The notes beneath the pieces are model-generated. The model did no database searches, had not been told where the DNA came from, and saw only the letters and a program-made list of their open reading frames with translations. Shown piece after piece: positions 60,262 through 64,000 of a stretch of 64,000 nucleotides of DNA. Positions within the stretch are counted from its first letter, which is position 1. The number at the start of each line of letters is the position of its first letter. The DNA comes from Octopus sinensis (taxonomy: Eukaryota): NCBI RefSeq assembly GCF_006345805.1, contig NC_043014.1, positions 54,126,001-54,190,000 of the forward strand, read 5' to 3'. The position numbers and the translations under genes were made by a program.

Positions 60262-60815
60262 TGAGTGAGAGAGCAGTGCATCCCATGAAAGTGACACTGG
60301 GGTAAAATGTACGAAGTCCAGTATACTCATCATGACTACCCGTCTGATAAGGGTACACCAGGCACATGCATCACAACCATATGTGCACGACATGGTGATC
60401 TCATATCAAGATAAACAGCACATGACCTTGCAGGTGGAGCCCAGTTAGAATTTTCTTCAGGTCTAGTAACCCATCCCGCTCAAAAGGTTCCTGAATAAGG
60501 GTTGTTTAAGGATGATGAACGAAACACCCATGTTTCCAGAGGTGAATTATCTAAACCATAAAGAGTCCCTCTCAACACATGGCTATGATGCTCCCCCACT
60601 ACTTCTGCTTGGGATCAGAGATGCACATATCGTCAGCCACTAAGGGACATGCTCAACTGGTTAAGGTCAAACAACTGACAAGCATATCTGTGGTATTGAG
60701 CAGAATATTTGCTGTAGCCCATCTTTTATACCGAGACAAAACAATGTATATGATGTCACTTCCAATCAGTTAAGACAAGAAGCCATGAGAGCCACTGTTT
60801 GGTACTGCATCAGAA
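60262..60815 (-). mobile_element. Non-coding interspersed repeat ending in (AAT)n, unclassified
   Basis: A piece (60560-60609) recurs at 2894-2943; minus-strand 3' end ...gtgtcacttt...ctctcactcaataataat. Orientation inferred from the tail. Confidence 0.6.
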
Positions 60816-61413
60816 TTAGAAAATGTTATTTTATGACTTCAATTCCCAAAGTTTAGTTAAAATATGATTTGAAGGCAACGAGTCAGATAGTTCAACCTCT
60901 TCGCCTCACAGCTTTTATTCCTTTTAATAGTCATCCTCATTGGAATCAGGCTGTGGCACTACCATCAAAGACTATAGTAAAAGACTGTTTCTTAATTCTC
61001 TTTGATACTTTTCTTATCACACCAAAATATGGAGCGGCGAAGGCTTCTCTTTTTTTCTCTTTGTATAAAGGCACATAACTCTATGCGCTGAATCCCGACT
61101 TTATGATCATGGGCTTCATACACTAACCACTGAGCCACACACACACACACACATGCAATTACTATAATATACATAGAAATCAATAGAATTACATTGAACT
61201 CGGGACAAAGCATGAGTCTGTCATTGTATTTTGATTTCTAGTCAACATTCACCACCCTCAATCAAGAGTTTTCAATTGGCTTTTGTAAAACAAAAGTATA
61301 ACACACAGATATATAACCATGGGTACAATAGTGTGTATATATACATACACCATAGTGTGTGTGTGTGTATATATAGAGAGAGTGTATTTAGGAAATTATT
61401 TGATACAGTTATA

Positions 61414-61650
61414 ATATTTAGAGAAAGATTTTTTTCACAAAGTTAAGATTTACAAAACAAATAACTTTTTAAAGAGTAGAATGGTACTAACCTTTAGGAA
61501 GGAATTTCACAAATTGTGTGTAGGCTTTAATAAATGTGCAAAGCCTACACACAATTTGTGAAATTCCACCCTAAAGGTTAGTACCATTCTACTCTCTAAA
61601 AAGTTTTTTTCTTAATCTTAACTTTTTGAAAAAAATCTTTCTTTAAATAT
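61414..61650. repeat. Fold-back palindrome
   Basis: agagtagaatggtactaacctttagg..ggaatttcacaaattgtgtgtaggcttt / aaagcctacacacaatttgtgaaattcc..cctaaaggttagtaccattctactct; 11-nt loop. Confidence 0.92.
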
Positions 61651-61759
61651 ATCATCATCATCGTCGTTTAACGACTGAGGACTTATTTATAAATACGTAT
61701 ATATTTACATATAGATATATATTTATAAATACATAGACACCCAGTACACTCTATGGAGC

Positions 61760-62125
61760 TGTAGAAACCTTGCCAGATCAGATTAGAGCCTGACTGGCAC
61801 CCGTGCCTGTGGCATGTAAAATGCACCATTCAAGTGTGGCTGATGTGAATGCCACCTGACTGGCTTCCATACCAGTGGCACATAGAAGGCACCATTCAAG
61901 CATGGTTGGTGCCAGTGCCACCCGACTGGCCCCCATGCCGGTAGCACATAAAAAGCACCCACTGCATTCTCAGAGTGGTTGGCATTAGGGAGGGCCTCTT
62001 GTTGTAGAAACCTTGCCAGATCAGATTAGAGCCTGGGGCAGCCTCCTGGCTTGCCAGTCCTCAATCAAACCGTCCAACCCACACCAACATGGAAAACGGA
62101 CATGAAACGACAATGATGATATGAT
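61760..62125 (+). mobile_element. RTE 3'-UTR fragment
   Basis: Units gtgccggtggca.(g/a)taaaa.gcacc and tail ccaacccacaccaacatggaaaacggac...gatgat. Confidence 0.8.
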
Positions 62126-62140
62126 TGTGTGTGTGTGTGT

Positions 62141-63212
62141 ATCATCATGATCGTTTAACGTCTGTTTTCTGTGCTAGCATGGGTTGGACGGTTCAACTGG
62201 GGTCTGGGAAGCCAGAAGGCTGCACCAGGCCCAGTCTGATCTGGCAGTGTTTCTACGGCTGGATGCTTTTCCTAACGCCAACCACTCCATGTGTGTAGTG
62301 GGTGCTTTTTACATGCCACCGGCACAGGTGCCAGACAAGGCTGGCAAATGGCCACAATCGGATGGTGCTTTTTACGTGCCACCGGCACGGAGACCACTCA
62401 GGGCGGTGCTGGCTAAGGCCATGTTCAGATGGTTCTCTTACATACCACCGGCACTGGTATCACAGCTACAAATTCCATTGATGTTGATCGATTTCGATTT
62501 TCACTTGCCTCAACAGGTCTTCACAAGTAGAGTTTTGTGTCCCAAGAAGGAAAGGTATGCATAAGTGGACTGGCTATATCCCAGGTAGAGGCCACTGGTT
62601 ATGGCCTCACTTGTCCTACCGGGTCTTCTCATGCACAGCATACTTCCAAAGGTCTTGGTCTCTAGTCATTTCCTCGGGGAGACCTAAAGTTCAAAGGTCG
62701 TGCTTCACCACCTCATCCCAAGTTTTCCCGAGTCTACCTCTTCCACAGGTTCCCTCAACCGCTAATGTCTGGCACTTTTTCACACAACTATCTTCATCCA
62801 TTCTCACCACATGACCATACCAGCGCAAACATCTCTCTTGCACACCACAACTGATGCTTCTTAGATCCAACTTTTCTCTCAAGGTAATTACACTCTGTCG
62901 AGTATGAACACTGACATTACACATCCATCGGAGCATACTGGCTTCATTTCTTGCGAGCTTACACATATCCTCAGCAGTCACAGCCCATGTTTCACTGCCA
63001 TGTAGCATAGCTGTTTGTACACATGCGTCATACAGTCTACCTTTTACTCTGAGCGAGAGGCCCTTTGTCACCAGCAGAGGTAAGAGCTCTCTGAACTTTG
63101 CCCAAGCTATTCTTACTCTAGCAGTTACACTTTCAGCACACCTGCCCCAGCTACTGACTTGGTCACCTAGGTAACGGAAGCTATCAACTTTATCTAGTTT
63201 TTCTCCCTGGAA
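62141..63212 (-). mobile_element. RTE-clade LINE 3' part with full 3' UTR
   Basis: KGRLYDACVQTAMLHGSETWAV...LRWYGHVVRMDEDSCVKK...GRGRLGKTW; upstream FRYLGDQV...RIAWAKFRELLPLL. Confidence 0.95.
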
Positions 63213-63214
63213 TG

Positions 63215-63246
<32 letters not shown>

Positions 63247-63283
63247 AGAGATAGAAAGAGAGAGCTAACATCTAGAAACCATC

Positions 63284-63372
63284 TTGACTGTCTCAGATCT
63301 CGTATTCTTCTCCTGCTACCTGATGAGATGGGTGCCTCTACACACCCACAAAACTTTAAGTCAGACAGTCAA
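63284..63372 (+). ncRNA. Decayed hammerhead-like motif
   Basis: CUGAUGA (63320-63326), UGGGUG/CACCCA helix II, C-AAAAC-UUUAA-GUC, 10-bp ttgactgtct/agacagtcaa pairing displaced by 26 nt. Confidence 0.4.
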
Positions 63373-64000
63373 ACTGCTATTTAAAAATATATGTGACTCT
63401 TACCAAATAAGTTGAATGCCATTTTTGTTTGTTTATTTATTTAAACACACACACACACACACAGATCTATGATCAACTGATTGGAGTTTTGCTGAGCTGG
63501 AGCAGCTAAATAATAACAACATTTAAGTTGTTTGCATTCTTGTTGGAGGAGGAAGAAGTTGACATTTTTGTGTGGAAAGTTGTCTGAGTTGTAAAGAATA
63601 TTATATCTTCTTAGCACTGCTATTTTATCTGCTCCCCACCCCAACCACCAAAAAAAAAAAAGAAGAACCCCAGTGAAGCTGTGTCCAGTAATTATTCAGA
63701 AGAAACTCACCCTTGCTTCATTTTATTAGCTTCAACAACAATTCCTCCTTCAGATTTTCCCTGCTTGCTTTGCTTTCAGCGACACCATTTAACATTTTAT
63801 ATGATTAATGATGTCAGATATGAAATGTAACATTGCAATATCCCGGTGAGCGTATCTCCATCTTGATATCACATAACAATATATCTTGTCTTATCAATGT
63901 CTGGTTTTATATAGGGTTACAGATATAAAATGGATATAAATTTTGAACTTGTCTTATCATAATTTCTCTGACATTTGTTCTGTGTATCACAACCGGAATT

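Overview
AT-rich, repeat-dense eukaryotic DNA. The SINE, LINE and microsatellite landscape looks like an Octopus-type cephalopod genome (inferred from repeat style, not verified). Most of the window appears intronic or intergenic. It is filled with three tRNA-related SINE families, LINE fragments (RTE, CR1-like, R4/Dong-like, CRE-like), non-autonomous Helitrons, MITEs (Merlin-like, hAT-like, piggyBac-like), a rearranged mariner and long (TA)/(TG)/(ATC) microsatellites, which generate most of the long ORFs in the track. Host-gene evidence is limited to one convincing + strand coding exon (55146-55256, transmembrane N-terminus) and two candidate upstream coding exons (4985-5078, 24832-24943) whose phase-1 donors would join it in frame. 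The most interesting signal is not in the ORF track: several short repeats and fold-back palindromes carry minimal type-I hammerhead ribozyme motifs with a palindromic helix III, the dimer-type known from Penelope-like elements. These include a G3:C8 core-swap variant (1082-1131) and an element with a tRNA-like Pol III head directly upstream of an intact hammerhead (57370-57782). All calls were made by eye; no database search or folding program was run, and most repeat boundaries are approximate.
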